A DNA stretch of 64,000 nucleotides from Eledone cirrhosa. Lineage: Eukaryota. This document shows positions 1 to 11,298 of this stretch, piece after piece. Numbering within the stretch: position 1 is the first letter of the stretch; the number at the start of each line of letters is the position of its first letter. The stretch is taken from positions 120,466,001-120,530,000 of the forward strand of contig OZ024745.1 in NCBI GenBank assembly GCA_964016885.1. The letters are read 5' to 3'. The notes beneath the pieces were generated by a model. The model did no database searches. It saw nothing but the letters and a program-made list of their open reading frames with translations, and was not told where the DNA came from. The translations under genes and the position numbers were made by a program.

Positions 1-91
1 TCTCTTTCCAATAACAACCATCCACTACTGCACATCTTTTAAACTTCTCCCACCCTATCTCTCTTTCTATATATACACAAACACAAACACA

Positions 92-187
92 CAGGGTGTC
101 CCAAAACATGTATACACACTTTGATTACTTGTACACGCAATATTTATTAGAATGGTGTTGAAATGTATACATTTTAGGGACACCCTG
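92..187. mobile_element. Tc1/mariner-type MITE
   Basis: Terminal inverted repeats CAGGGTGTCCCAAAACATGTATACA / TGTATACATTTTAGGGACACCCTG. Confidence 0.65.
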
Positions 188-228
188 TCTATGTATATAT
201 GTGTAGTGTGTGTATATATATATATACA

Positions 229-985
229 CCTCAAAATGAAAGGCAGACTTTATGATGCGTGTATACGAACAGCAATGTTACATGGTAGTGAGACCTGGGC
301 GCTGTCTGTGGAAGACTTGCGTAGATTAGAAAGAAACGAAGCCTGCATGCTCCGATGGATGTGTAATAGTAATATACGCGAACGGAAAAGCATAAATGAA
401 TTGAGAGAGAGACTAAGCATAAGAGGAATCAAATGCTGTGTGCAGGAGAGGCAGTTGCGTTGGTATAGACATGTGATGCGTATGAAGGATGACAGTTGCA
501 TAAAAAGGTGCAGAGCACTAGAAGTCGATGGAAACCGCGGAGTGGGGAGAGCCAAGAAGACCTGGGATGAGGTGATAAAAGCCGACTTTACCTAATTACA
601 CCTCTCAAAGGCGATGACACACGACCGTGACCTCTGGCGTCACGTAGTAATACAGAATACCCGACCCCCCACGGGTACAAGCTGAAGCTAAAGCATATAG
701 ACAATATGCCCCCACACACTCCCACTGCAAAGTGGTCGTGGAGGTGCCACGGCAAAAAAGCACCCAGTCCACACTGTATAGTGGTTGTGTAGGCGCCACG
801 GAAAAAAGCACCCAGCATTCACTGTAAATGAGGTTGGTGTTAGGAAGGGCATCCAGCTGTAGAAATCAAGCCAGAATCAGTTCCCGTATGAGCAAGACAA
901 GGTCAGCCGACTGGACACTGCCCACAAGACAACCCATCTAACCCATGCTAGTGTGGAAGAACGGACGTAAATCGGTGATGATGAT
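229..985 (+). mobile_element. RTE-clade LINE, 5'-truncated
   Basis: KGRLYDACIRTAMLHGSETW...RWYRHVMR C-terminal region, 3' UTR, (GAT)n tail. Confidence 0.9.
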
Positions 986-1103
986 TATATATATATATAT
1001 ATATATATAAGTAAAAGGGATATTCAATTTGTTGGTAATTCAACAAATATAAATGTTTATAACTGATTCAAAGCACTCGACAGTTTTCTGGAGTATAATA
1101 TAC

Positions 1104-2845
1104 ATCATCATCATCATTTAACGTCCATCTTCCACGCTAGCATGGGTTTGGTCGGGAATTTTCCCACTTGAGGCAAGATTGGTTGTCTTGCTCGTATAGG
1201 AGTCTGGCGGGTTTTCTACGGCTGGATGCCCTTCCTAACACCAACCACGTTTACAGTGTGGACTGGGAGGTTTTTACCGTGTTACCTACACGGCCACATT
1301 ACAGCGTGGACTGTGTGATTTTTGTTGTGACACCTACACGACCTCATTTGTTTAGGACTGGATGTTGTGGTACCAACATAACTTTACATCGAAAGGGGTG
1401 GTGTGGATAGGGTGGGGGTAGTGGGATGGGAGTGTATTTTGGTAAGAGTTGCCTACTGACTGTAGGTTTCGCTTTGCACTTAGGCAAGGCGGGTCTTCTG
1501 TATTTCTGTGTAGTGCCAAAGATCTCGGTCCAGTGACATTGTCTTGGAGAGGTGTAAGTGTGTGAAGTCGGAATTTATCAAGTCGTTCCAGGTTTTTCTG
1601 GGTCTCCCTACTCCGTGGCTACCGTCTATTTTGATCGCCCTGCACTTTTTTATACAGCTGTTGTCTTTCATGCGCATCACGTGACCATACCAACGTAGTC
1701 TTCTCTCGAGTAAACAGCATCTGATCCCTCTTATTCCTAATTTCTCACTTAGTTCATTTATGCTTTGCTGTTCACGTATATTACTATTACACATCCACCG
1801 GAGCATGCAAGCTTCGTTCCTCTCCAGTCTACGTAGATCCTCTGCACACAATGCCCAAGTCTCACTGCCATGTAACATTGCTGTTCGTATGCAGGCATCA
1901 TACAGCCTGCCTTTCATTTTTAGAGAGAACCCTTTAGCAGCCAATAGTGGTATAAGCTCTCTGAACTTTTTCCATCCCGTTCTGACTCTAGCTACTGTAC
2001 TTTCAGAGCACCCTCCACCACTGCTGATTTTGTCACCCAAGTAACGGAAGGTGTCCACTATTTCTATAGAACCATCTGTGCAATGGAATGAGCTAGTATT
2101 CTGTGGGCACTTGCTGCTACTTATTGCACCTGAGCACCGGCCACATATAAAATCTATATTCTTAGTTAGCTTACCTGTGATCCCACTACATCTTTTATGC
2201 ACCCATACTTTGCATTTGGGTCATAAAATGGAGTTTCTTCCTACTCCTTTCCTACACACTGAGCATGGCCATTTCCCAGATGGGACCAGTGCCCTATTTT
2301 CCTTCCTACATACTAAAACTTTAGTCTTAGACAAGTTAATTTTAAGGCCTTTTGATTCTAGGCCATGCTTCCATGTTTGGAATTTCTTCTCTAGTTCAGC
2401 CATTGATTCAGCTATGAGCGTTAGATCATCAGCGTATAGGAGTTCCCATGGGCAGCCGGTCTTGAATTCCTCTGTTATAGCCTGAAGGGCAATAATAAAT
2501 AGGAGAGGGCTAAGGACAGAGCCCTGATGCACACCAACTTTTACGCTAAACTCTTCACTATATTCATTGTTAATTCTAACCTTGCTGACTGTTTCTTTAT
2601 GGCTTGTATAGCTCTCACAAGCCATTCATCAACACCTAGTTTTCTGAGAGCCCACCAGATAATGGGGCGTGGGACTCTGTCAAAGGTTTTCTCCAAGTCA
2701 ACAAAAGTTAAATATCGGGGTTTACTTTTAGCTAGGTACTTCTCCTGTAGTTGTCGTACAATGAAAAGAGCGTCTGTGGTACTTTTACCTGACACAAACC
2801 CGAACTGCATTTCATCTACATCAATTCGCTCTCTGATTAGTTGCG
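1104..2845 (-). mobile_element. RTE-clade LINE with disrupted reverse transcriptase
   Basis: QFGF..GKSTTDA, FVDLEK.FDRVPR, GVHQGSVLSPLLF, LLYADDL, PHD-like CSVC..C insert, HGSETW; frameshifts and a stop; GAT tail at 1104. Confidence 0.95.
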
Positions 2846-2908
2846 AATTGATCTGGATGAAATGCAATGATATTAAATAAATGGAAACTATATTTATAAA
2901 ACCATATT

Positions 2909-2969
2909 TATTCTATTATATATATTTCAAGAGTACCAAAACTTTGGTACGTTTTCATCAGATAAAATA
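2909..2969 (-). ncRNA. Minimal type I hammerhead ribozyme motif (mirror copy, on the CNPPD1 sense strand)
   Basis: Reverse-complement arm of the same palindrome with intact CTGATGA, GAAA and TA core. Confidence 0.72.
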
Positions 2970-3098
2970 CAAAGTTTGTTTTATAAATATTGACATAACC
3001 AGGACAGAATAACTTAATGGTTCAAGTTTTTCCAGAAAAAACTTGAACCGTTAAGTTATTCTATCCTGGTTATGTCAATATTTATAAAACAAACTTTG

Positions 3099-3159
3099 TA
3101 TTTTATCTGATGAAAGCGTACCAAAGTTTTGGTACCCTTGAAATATATATAATAGAATA
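3099..3159 (+). ncRNA. Minimal type I hammerhead ribozyme motif
   Basis: TATTTTAT-CTGATGA-[AAGCGTACCAA..TTGGTACCCTT]-GAAA-TATATA-TA^ATAGAATA: intact core, 8-bp stem I, long stem II, palindromic mini stem III. Confidence 0.75.
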
Positions 3160-3628
3160 AATATGGTTTTATAAATATAGTTTCCATTTATTTAATATCA
3201 TTGTATATATATATATATACACACACACACTATACACATATATAATCATCATCATTACTGCTTAACGTATATTTTCCATGCTTACATTGGATAAAGGGCT
3301 AGTCACATTATGAAGATAGCCAGGTCAGGTGACCATGTCTTGCTCATTCAATCCATTTTTAGATGGGTTTTCTACGGCTGGATACACTTTAGTGTGGACT
3401 GGGAATTTTTTTCGTGACAACAGCACTACGAACCTACAGGGTGAGCTGGATGTTTTTTTTTTATTGTGCCACCAGCTCTACCACCTTACAGGGGGACTGG
3501 GTGTTTTCTGTCATGGCACCAACTGGGTGTTTTTTTGTCATGGCACCAGTACAACCACCGTAGAGGGTGGACAGGGTGTTTTTGTTGTGGCACCAGTACA
3601 ACCACTCATGATACTGAAAGAAACTTAC

Positions 3629-3757
3629 AATTGCAGCTAGAAAATGTTGTTCCAATTGGTTCATCTCAGCAGTTTCCATCATACCAGCCACTGCCCAATC
3701 TTCATTGAAAACCTCTTCATTTAGTCCTTCATCATATAAGTATTTGGAAGCCATCAT
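3629..3757 (-). CDS. CNPPD1: CNPPD1 exon 5 (MMASKYLYDEGLNEEVFNEDWAVAGMMETAEMNQLEQHFLAAI); gene continues left of the window
   Basis: ttcag acceptor, gtaag donor, 129 nt, phase 0 to 0. ASKYLYDEG..EEVFN..W is the CNPPD1 signature. Confidence 0.95.
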
Positions 3758-4504
3758 CTGAATAAAAGAAACATTTTTTTTAAATTGATAATAATGTCTG
3801 GTGAAAACCACAGACTAGGTCTATGACTAGAAGAAGGTTTCAAGGTGGTGGAATGATTGAGTAGATAAGTAGAGCTATAATAGTAAGACAGGCTGGAAAA
3901 GAGAGTGCTACCACATAGCTAGAAGAGAGGCGGAGAGGCTAGATGCCAGGTATACTTAGTGAGGGAAAAGGCATAAAACAAGTTTGCACATGTTCTGTTT
4001 ATGTGAGGATCAAAGGTGTGAAGGGTTCCAGATGGCATAAGTTTAGAAGATACAAGATTAGCAGTAGTGGATGGTTGGTTATTGAAAAGAGAATCTGTAT
4101 TGGTGCAGGATATAAATAAATTTTAGAAGTTACCCAACTCCAACTAAACCAGAGGTTCTCAAACGTTTGGCCCACCACATCCCTCACAGCCACGTAATAC
4201 TCTTGGTGCGCCTCAACCCTATTTCCAGAGAGACCTGCCTACACACAAATTGTAAATAATATATAAATAAAATTATTAATTTAAATATAACTAGCAGAAT
4301 GGCCCCGCGTTGCTCGGGATTCGAAATGTAGATTGGCATGTTTATCCCTCCTTTCTGAAAGTTTCTTCGTATGTTCACCAATTGATGCAGAAGTCCTAAT
4401 AAAAAGTGAAGTCGCCTTGGGTGAATAGGCAAAAAATTTTCTATTAAGATTCCTATCTCCAAACTTTTCGGTTCGCATGAGATTTATATATATATATATG
4501 TCGA

Positions 4505-5075
4505 TAGCTGTATAACAAAGTGCAGGGCAATAAAGATAGACGGTAGCCACGGAATAGGCAAACCTAGAAAAACCTGGGACGAGCTGATAAACTCCGACCT
4601 CACACACTTACACCTCTCCAAGACAATGTCACTGGACCGAGACCTTTGGCGGTACTTAGTAATAGAGAAGACCCGCCTTACCTAAATACATAGTAAAACC
4701 TACTACAGTCAGTAGGCATCTCTAACAAAATACACCCACGTCCCACCACCCCCACCCCATCCACACCACCCCCTTCTATGTAAAGTTATGTTGGTGCCAC
4801 ACCATCCAGGCCGAAACAAATGAGATCGTGTAGGTGTCACGACAAAAAAACACACAGTCCACGCTGTAATGTGGCCGTGTAGGCAACACGGTAAAAACCT
4901 CCCAGTCCCACACTGTAAATGTGGTTGGTGTTAGGAAGGGCATCCAGCTGTAGAAAACACGCCAGACAGTCCTATGCGAGCAAGACAATCACTCTTGCCT
5001 CAAGTGGGAAAACCCCCGTCCAAACCCATGCAAGTGTGGAACACAGACGTTAAACGTTGATGATGATGATGATGT
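4505..5075 (+). mobile_element. RTE LINE 3' end and UTR
   Basis: Homologous to 1104-1670 in opposite orientation; GAT tail. Confidence 0.85.
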
Positions 5076-5155
5076 ATGTATGTAAAAGGTAAACAGAAAT
5101 AACAACACAATTGGTACAGTATATTAGGTTAACGCTTGATATAGCAGGAAGAGGG

Positions 5156-5191
5156 TCTTAACGTTTCGGACGCTAGTCCTTCATCAGAAGA
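5156..5191 (-). ncRNA. Minimal hammerhead motif in a Penelope-like terminal repeat
   Basis: TCTT-CTGATGA-A-GGAC-TAGC-GTCC-GAAA-CG-TT^AAGA. A related copy with a C-to-T core change lies at 56484-56525 (+). Confidence 0.6.
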
Positions 5192-5439
5192 AAGAATGAT
5201 AAATAAAATAGATTAAGGGGACGGGCCGGATGGAATTGGAAAAAATGTCTTTAGATAAAAATAATAGGTCCATTCATGTTGACATGTGTGTATATGTGAT
5301 GTGAATGTTGATATTTAAATTTGTGTCTATAGCCATATTTCATGATTTGGAAAATGCGTTGAGATAAGTTTGTTTTGTTTTGATTATCCAGAAATGTATT
5401 CGCTTACATCTTAAACGTAGGAAGACATGTTTGGTTAAA

Positions 5440-6283
5440 TATGCTGAGAGTGAACCTAGCTAAGACAAAAGTGTTGATAAGTAGAAGAGAGGACAATACT
5501 CCAATTCCATCAGGGAAATGGCCATGTTTGATATGTAGGAAAGGAACTGGCATAAATTCCATAAAATGTACGCAATGCAGATCTTGGATACACAAGAGAT
5601 GTAGGGCAAAGGTAGGGAAAACTATGTATGCAGTCGATGTACAGGGAAAGTTGGCAGTAGAAGTCGCATTGATAGACACATTTTAGACACAGGCGGGTGC
5701 TATAGAAGTGGTGGATAGCTTCCGGTACCTAGGTGATCAGATTAGCATGAGAGAGGGGTGTTCCGAGGCCATAGTATCTAGAATAAGGATGGGTTGGAAG
5801 AAGTTTAGGGAGCTGCTTCCTCTGTTGACAAAGAAGGGTTTCTCCCTGCGTACGAAAGGACGGTTATATGATGCCCGTGTGAGATGCGTGATGCTGCATG
5901 GTAGTGAGACATGGGCAGCAACTGCAGAGGATATGCAACGGCTGGAGAGAAATGAAGCAAGTATGCTCCGTTGGATGTGCAATGTCAATGTGCGTGAACG
6001 ACCAAGCATAGACGAGTTGAGAAAGCAACTGGGTATAAGAGGGATAAGTTGTGGTGTGCAGGAGAGAAGGCTGAGATGGTATGGACATGTGATGCGCATG
6101 GAGAATAAGAAATCCCAGTAGAAGGAAGACGCAGTAGAGGTAGACCATGAAAATCATGGGCGGAGGTGGGGAGAGCAGACCTCAGATCGCTGAAACTCAC
6201 CAAGGAGATGACGAAGGACCGCGACAAGTGGAGAGATGCTTGCAAGCAGGGAAAAGCAGACATAAAATGATGATGATGATGAT
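5440..6283 (+). mobile_element. RTE-clade LINE fragment (second subfamily)
   Basis: VNLAKTKV, WPCLICRKG, FRYLGD, HGSETW, RLRWYGHVMR; GAT tail. Confidence 0.9.
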
Positions 6284-6667
6284 TTTTCAAAAGCATGTAA
6301 TAGCATTCCTTTTCTTTTTTGTTGTTGTTTTTGTTGCTGATGGTGTGATAACAGCCGTTGGTTGTACTACTAACAGTCTTGTCCTTCTGCCTCGGCAGCA
6401 ATGAGAACAATATTTGCTCTAGGGTTCTTTATAGATTTGATATATATTTATCCTTATCGAGCCTCATGAAATAAATATGTTTGTTTATATTTTCTTATTG
6501 TGTATGCAAAAATATATGTACACGAATATATAATTATATATATATATATTAAAATAACAGATTAAAGTTTAAGCGAAGAATCGCTGCTTTCACCCTTAAC
6601 GGGATCTTCTGAAACTAAAAAAAAAAACAATCTGTGAACGCAGAAGTAAATATTTCGAAAAACGTTA

Positions 6668-6738
<71 letters not shown>

Positions 6739-6969
6739 GGTAGCATCATAATGTCGTAATGCAGACAGCCAGACATTCAGACAGATATTATAAGGGCGCG
6801 ACGTTATAGCTATCTAATACGGTCCCTAAGGCATTGAAAATTGAAATTTTTTGGCTCAAAACACTCACACGACCATAAGTATTACATGTGCAAAGTTTGA
6901 AAAAAATCGGTTGGGTGGTTCTTGAGTTTTACGGAGTCAGATAGACATTCTCTGTTTTAGATATATAGA

Positions 6970-7100
6970 CTAGCAGAATGGCCCGGCGTTGCTCGGGAGT
7001 CTAAACATAGATTGGCATGTTTATCCCTCCTTTCTGAATCAGTACAGAGAAGTACGAAATACCTCGACCACGGGATGTTGTCTACATTTTGTGCTTATAA
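6970..7100 (-). mobile_element. Second Helitron 3' end joined head-to-tail to the previous copy
   Basis: CCCGAGCAACGCCGGG hairpin plus CATTCTGCTAG directly followed by TC of the next copy; near-identical to 4291-4358. Confidence 0.7.
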
Positions 7101-8469
7101 AAAAAATCATCTGATTATGTGTTGTATGTTGTCCTAGATGTGTGTGCTACTCACTGCTGTTTTTTCTTTTCTTTTTTTTATTTGTAATATTATTTATACA
7201 ATAGGCAATAAAATAGATCTACATAGTGTTAACTCGTTATGGTTGAGTCAATAATTTCAGACATGAAATACATTGTTATCGGTGAAGGAAAGATAAGATT
7301 CTAACTGCAAGCAGGGAAAAGCAGACATAAAATGATGATGATGATGATTTTTCAAAAGCATGTAATAGCATTCCTTTTCTTTTTTGTTGTTGTTTTTGTT
7401 GCTGATGGTGTGATAACAGCCGTTGGTTGACTGGGTTTTTTCATTTTTAGGATCTCGATTACCAGTTAACGTCTCAATTACCGGACATGCCTGCACACCT
7501 GCTCACAGCTGCGGCCAGACTATAGTTATGCTGTCTGCAAGCTCATTCAAATGCATTCACACTGGCTGTCTCAAAGACTTACAAATATGGCTTATAAAAC
7601 TTACCAAAATAAAGAGCCTTCCAGCCCCCCTCTCCCAGCTCCAAACGCCCCCTAACGCGACCTTGCTCCCAAACGCCCCCCGGGGTGTATATGCCCCCCG
7701 TTGAGAACCTTTGATCTAAACTATGAACTAAAACAATAGCAATTGTTTGGGGTTTTTTTTACTGTATTTCATTTTAATGGGAATTTATCTAAAACCTATT
7801 GGAAAATCAATAGTTGGGTTAACTGAAGAATACAGTTTAAAAACATTTACATTTAAAATATATACACACAAAGAATTTATATTTTAAAAAATAATGAATT
7901 ATTACAAATAGGAGAATTTATTTCTAAGGACAAATAAATATATTCCTATACTCATGTTTTATATTTTATAGAACTTACTGTATTTCCTAAAATAAGTCTC
8001 AAAAATCTACCAGGCCAAAGGTTGCTTATTATTATTTTTTTCCAAAATTAGGGTGCATCCTCAAAGACAAAGCGTCTTCGGCGCCAGGAAATACGTTACC
8101 TAGAAAGCTCTTCTTAGACCAGTGGTCCCCAACTTTTTGTGCCCCAGGCCCCATCTCAACTTCTCAAACATTTTTATGCCCCACTTTGATATAAAAACAG
8201 CAATGATCAGCTAAAAAGTGTAAACAAATTGGCGTATAGGTGAGGCCAGATGTACAATAACATGTGGAGGAGGTGAGACAGGAGTTTGACAGCAATTTGT
8301 TCCAAAGTTGCCTAGGTGTAAAAAGTAATAGGGTAAAATCTGAAGCTTGCTCTCATTAACATTATCTTAATTGATCCCCACGTTTGGAATTAGTCTTAGA
8401 GTTAACCTGGATTTGTTTTGCTTCTTTTTTGTTATTTTTATTTTATTCTTTGTTTTCAGATGATAATAA

Positions 8470-8904
8470 TGGTTTCTGATTTAAGCACAAGGCCAACATT
8501 TTTTTGGGGGGAAAAGGTCGATTACATTGACCCCAGTGCATTACAGGTACTTCATTTTATCAACCGCTTAAAAAAGAAAAGTAAATCTAACCGCGGTGTG
8601 ATTTGAACTCAGAACGTAAAAGGCTGTAACTATGCTGCGAAGCATGTTTGACGCTCTACCGATTCTGCCAATCCACCGCCCTCCATTTACAGATGATGAT
8701 GATTTCTAGAATAGGCACAAGGCCAGCAATTTTGGGGGAGGGGAAAGTCAATTAAATCGACCCCAGTGGACTGGAACTTTATTTTAGCGATCCCGTAAGA
8801 ATGAAAAGCAAAGTTATCCTCGGCGGGATTTGAACTCAGATCGTAACTATATGCTGCAAAACATGGCATCCGACTCTCTATCGATACTCCCAATCCACCG
8901 CCCT
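8470..8904 (-). mobile_element. Two tandem tRNA-derived SINEs with Deu/Nin-like domain (family also at about 19636, 23380, 27445, 43262, 44408, 49280, 55628, 59190, 63520)
   Basis: A/B-box-like GGTGGATTGG...GAGTTCAAATCCC followed by GCCTTTCATCCTTACGGGGTCGATAAAATAAAGTACCAG in many copies. Confidence 0.8.
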
Positions 8905-8938
8905 CAGATAATAATGAAAAATAAAATAAATTTCTTAC

Positions 8939-9059
8939 CATCGAAATCAAAAACAGTTCAGTGGAGGAAATCTGCATCAGATATTCAGGGTTTCTCTCTT
9001 TCAGTCGTTTTACATAGAGCATACCAAGCATCACAGAACATGGTGGCATAGGAGCACGT
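8939..9059 (-). CDS. CNPPD1: CNPPD1 exon 4, Pho80-type cyclin box (RAPMPPCSVMLGMLYVKRLKERNPEYLMQISSTELFLISM)
   Basis: tctag acceptor, gtaag donor, 121 nt, phase 2 to 0. Close to human [36 protein letters not shown]. Confidence 0.95.
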
Positions 9060-9182
9060 CTAGATAAGATAACAACATACTTCTTACTCAATACAATGAA
9101 ACAGAAGGCAAACATACTTTTACAATATCTTAATTCTCATCAAAAATATCAAATCCCATTATTTTACAGGACTTAACAACTA

Positions 9183-10473
9183 TGAGGGTAAGTAAAAAAT
9201 GATCCACACTTTCACCATAACATATCTTAAAGTTAGTCACACTGCCTTCTGCTCACATGGGCTTATAGTTGGTACTATTGTGGTCACATGATTAAAGTTT
9301 GAGTTTGATCGCATCAGTTTTCTTGCTGCTGTTACAATGTAAACATGGCCGCTCTGCTAACAGTGTGTACCAAGGAGAAACAAAGAGCAATTATCCGATT
9401 TCTCTGGTCAGAAGGTGTGTCAGGGGCTGAAATTCATTGGAGGCTTTTAACACACCATGACAGGGCACTACCATATAGAAGTGTGAGTAGATAAAGACGT
9501 TTAAAAGTGGCCGGACAATCATGGTGCACAAAGAAGGAACAGGTCAACTGTCAACCTCCCCCACTGAGGAGAAGATTCAGCAAGCTCGAGAGATAGTAAT
9601 GGTGAACCGACAAGTCACCATTATTGAGGTAGCTTGTTCTCTGCAGATTAGTCATGGTTCTGCCTATCAACATTCACGACGAGCTCAGCTTCCATAAAGT
9701 CTGTACAAGATGGGTGCCAAGAGAGCTTAATGCAGATCACAAATACAAACGTGTTGAGGCCCGCCAACATTTACTTGACCACTACAACAATGAAGGTGAA
9801 GAATTTTTTAGCAGAATATCACAGATGAAATGTGGGACCATCAGTATGAGCCAGAATCCAAAAGACAGAGTATGGAGTAGAAACATCTTGCCAGCAACAA
9901 AAAAATTCAAGACTCGATCTTCAGCAGAAAAAGTGATGCTAACCGTTTTTGGGACTCAAAAGGGCCTATACTGGAAGACTACCTAAAAAAAGGGGTGTAC
10001 GATCAACAGTTCAAGATACAGTGGTTTGCTGGCCAACAATCTGAAGCCAGCAATTCGCATCAAAAGCCGAAACCTATTGTCAAAGAAAGTTTTGCTGTTG
10101 CATGACAATGCATGACCACATACAGCCGGCCAGACTGTTGAAGCCATTAACTAATTGGGTTTTAAGGTGCTGGAACACCCTGTCTACAGCCCAAATCTCA
10201 CACCTTCCAACTATCATCTCTTTGGACCGCTCAAAGATGCTTTACAAAGTAGATGATTTCCTACAAATAAAGAAGTGCCGGAAGTGGTACATAAATGGTT
10301 GCACGACCAACCAAAAACCGTCTTCCTGGAAGGAATATGCAAGCTTGTGTATCCGTGGATCAAGTGCATCGAAAAGGAAGGAGACTATATAGGAAAATGA
10401 CGTACTTGTTTAACCTCTGTTTTGTGTAAATAAATTGAAAAAAAAAAAATAGATATTTTTTGACTTTCCCTCA
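9183..10473 (+). mobile_element. Full-length mariner transposon with inactivated transposase (9345-10392)
   Basis: TA|TGAGGG...CCCTCA|TA ends; RWVPREL, HDNA and YSPNLTPSNYHLF motifs; stops and frameshifts. Confidence 0.92.
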
Positions 10474-11053
10474 TACTTACAAAATATAAATCTAACTACT
10501 ATTCTTCAACAGAGGTCAATAGAGGACTGTACAAAACACCTTTCAGTGTTTAGTTACATCCCTTTATGTACTCAGTTCACATCCTGTTACACCTTTTATT
10601 CCCATTGGATTTAGTGAATGCAGTATGGCCAAATGATTAAGATGGTTGCTTCACAATCATCATGTCTCAGGATTAATCCCACTGCATCTTGGGAAAAATG
10701 TCATTTACGATAACCTCAGGTTCATCCTTTCCTACTCAGTGGTATTTGGGTAGACAGAAACTGTTTAAAAGACCGTTGAATGGACTGTACATGTAATTCA
10801 AATGGCCAGCCTTGTCACACACTGTCATGCTAAATCTTCCTGAGAATTATGATAAGGGTACATGTGTATGTCTGGAATGCTCAGCCACTAACATTTATTC
10901 CAATTCCAACTGGGATTGATAAAATAGGTACCAGTAATGAACTAAGCTCAGTTGATAAAATAGGTACCAGTAATATACTAAGGCTGATTCAATCAACTCC
11001 ACCCTCTCGCCCTAAATCTCTGGTCTGGTGCCAAAGTTCAAACCAAGACTCAC

Positions 11054-11135
11054 TTTGTCATTGAAGAAGCCAGAAACATATCCACTTTTCCGAGAGAACG
11101 AGGAGCAGCATCTTGAAAGAATTTGACAGCAATCT
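11054..11135 (-). CDS. CNPPD1: CNPPD1 exon 3 (EIAVKFFQDAAPRSLGKVDMFLASSMT)
   Basis: tttctag acceptor, gtgagt donor, 82 nt, phase 1 to 2. Aligns to human DIAVELLQKAAPSPI. Confidence 0.9.
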
Positions 11136-11298
11136 CTAGAAAGGAAAAACAGAAGAGAGAATAATCAGGATCATTGAATGATAACTTGTGTGAAACTAGT
11201 GAAATATATAAAGTTAATAACAAGCTAGAATAGCATCTGCTTAGACAGGAAGCAAGATAGAAAATTTATCTGGCTAAGAGATAAAGAAGAAGGCACAT

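Larger units (their letters stand above)
2865..3203. repeat. 339-bp foldback palindrome (inverted Penelope-type terminal repeats)
   Basis: 167-bp arms, 5-nt loop CCAGA at 3032-3036, four transition mismatches by manual comparison. Confidence 0.95.
4291..6969 (-). mobile_element. Non-autonomous Helitron (parts 4291-4480 and about 6740-6969) interrupted by later insertions
   Basis: 5' TCTATATATCTAAAACAGAGAATGTC at 6969; 3' GC-rich hairpin followed by CATTCTGCTAG|T at 4291. Confidence 0.7.
4150..7713. mobile_element. hAT-type non-autonomous element expanded by nested insertions
   Basis: TIRs CAGAGGTTCTCAA / TTGAGAACCTTTG; 8-bp flanks AACTAAAC / ATCTAAAC (7 of 8 identical). Confidence 0.7.

Noticed and set aside
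6557-6620. Further hammerhead on the minus strand (CAGAAGA-TCCC..GGGT-GAAA)
   Set aside because: The invariant U of the CUGANGA box is mutated and stem III is irregular; at best a dead relic.
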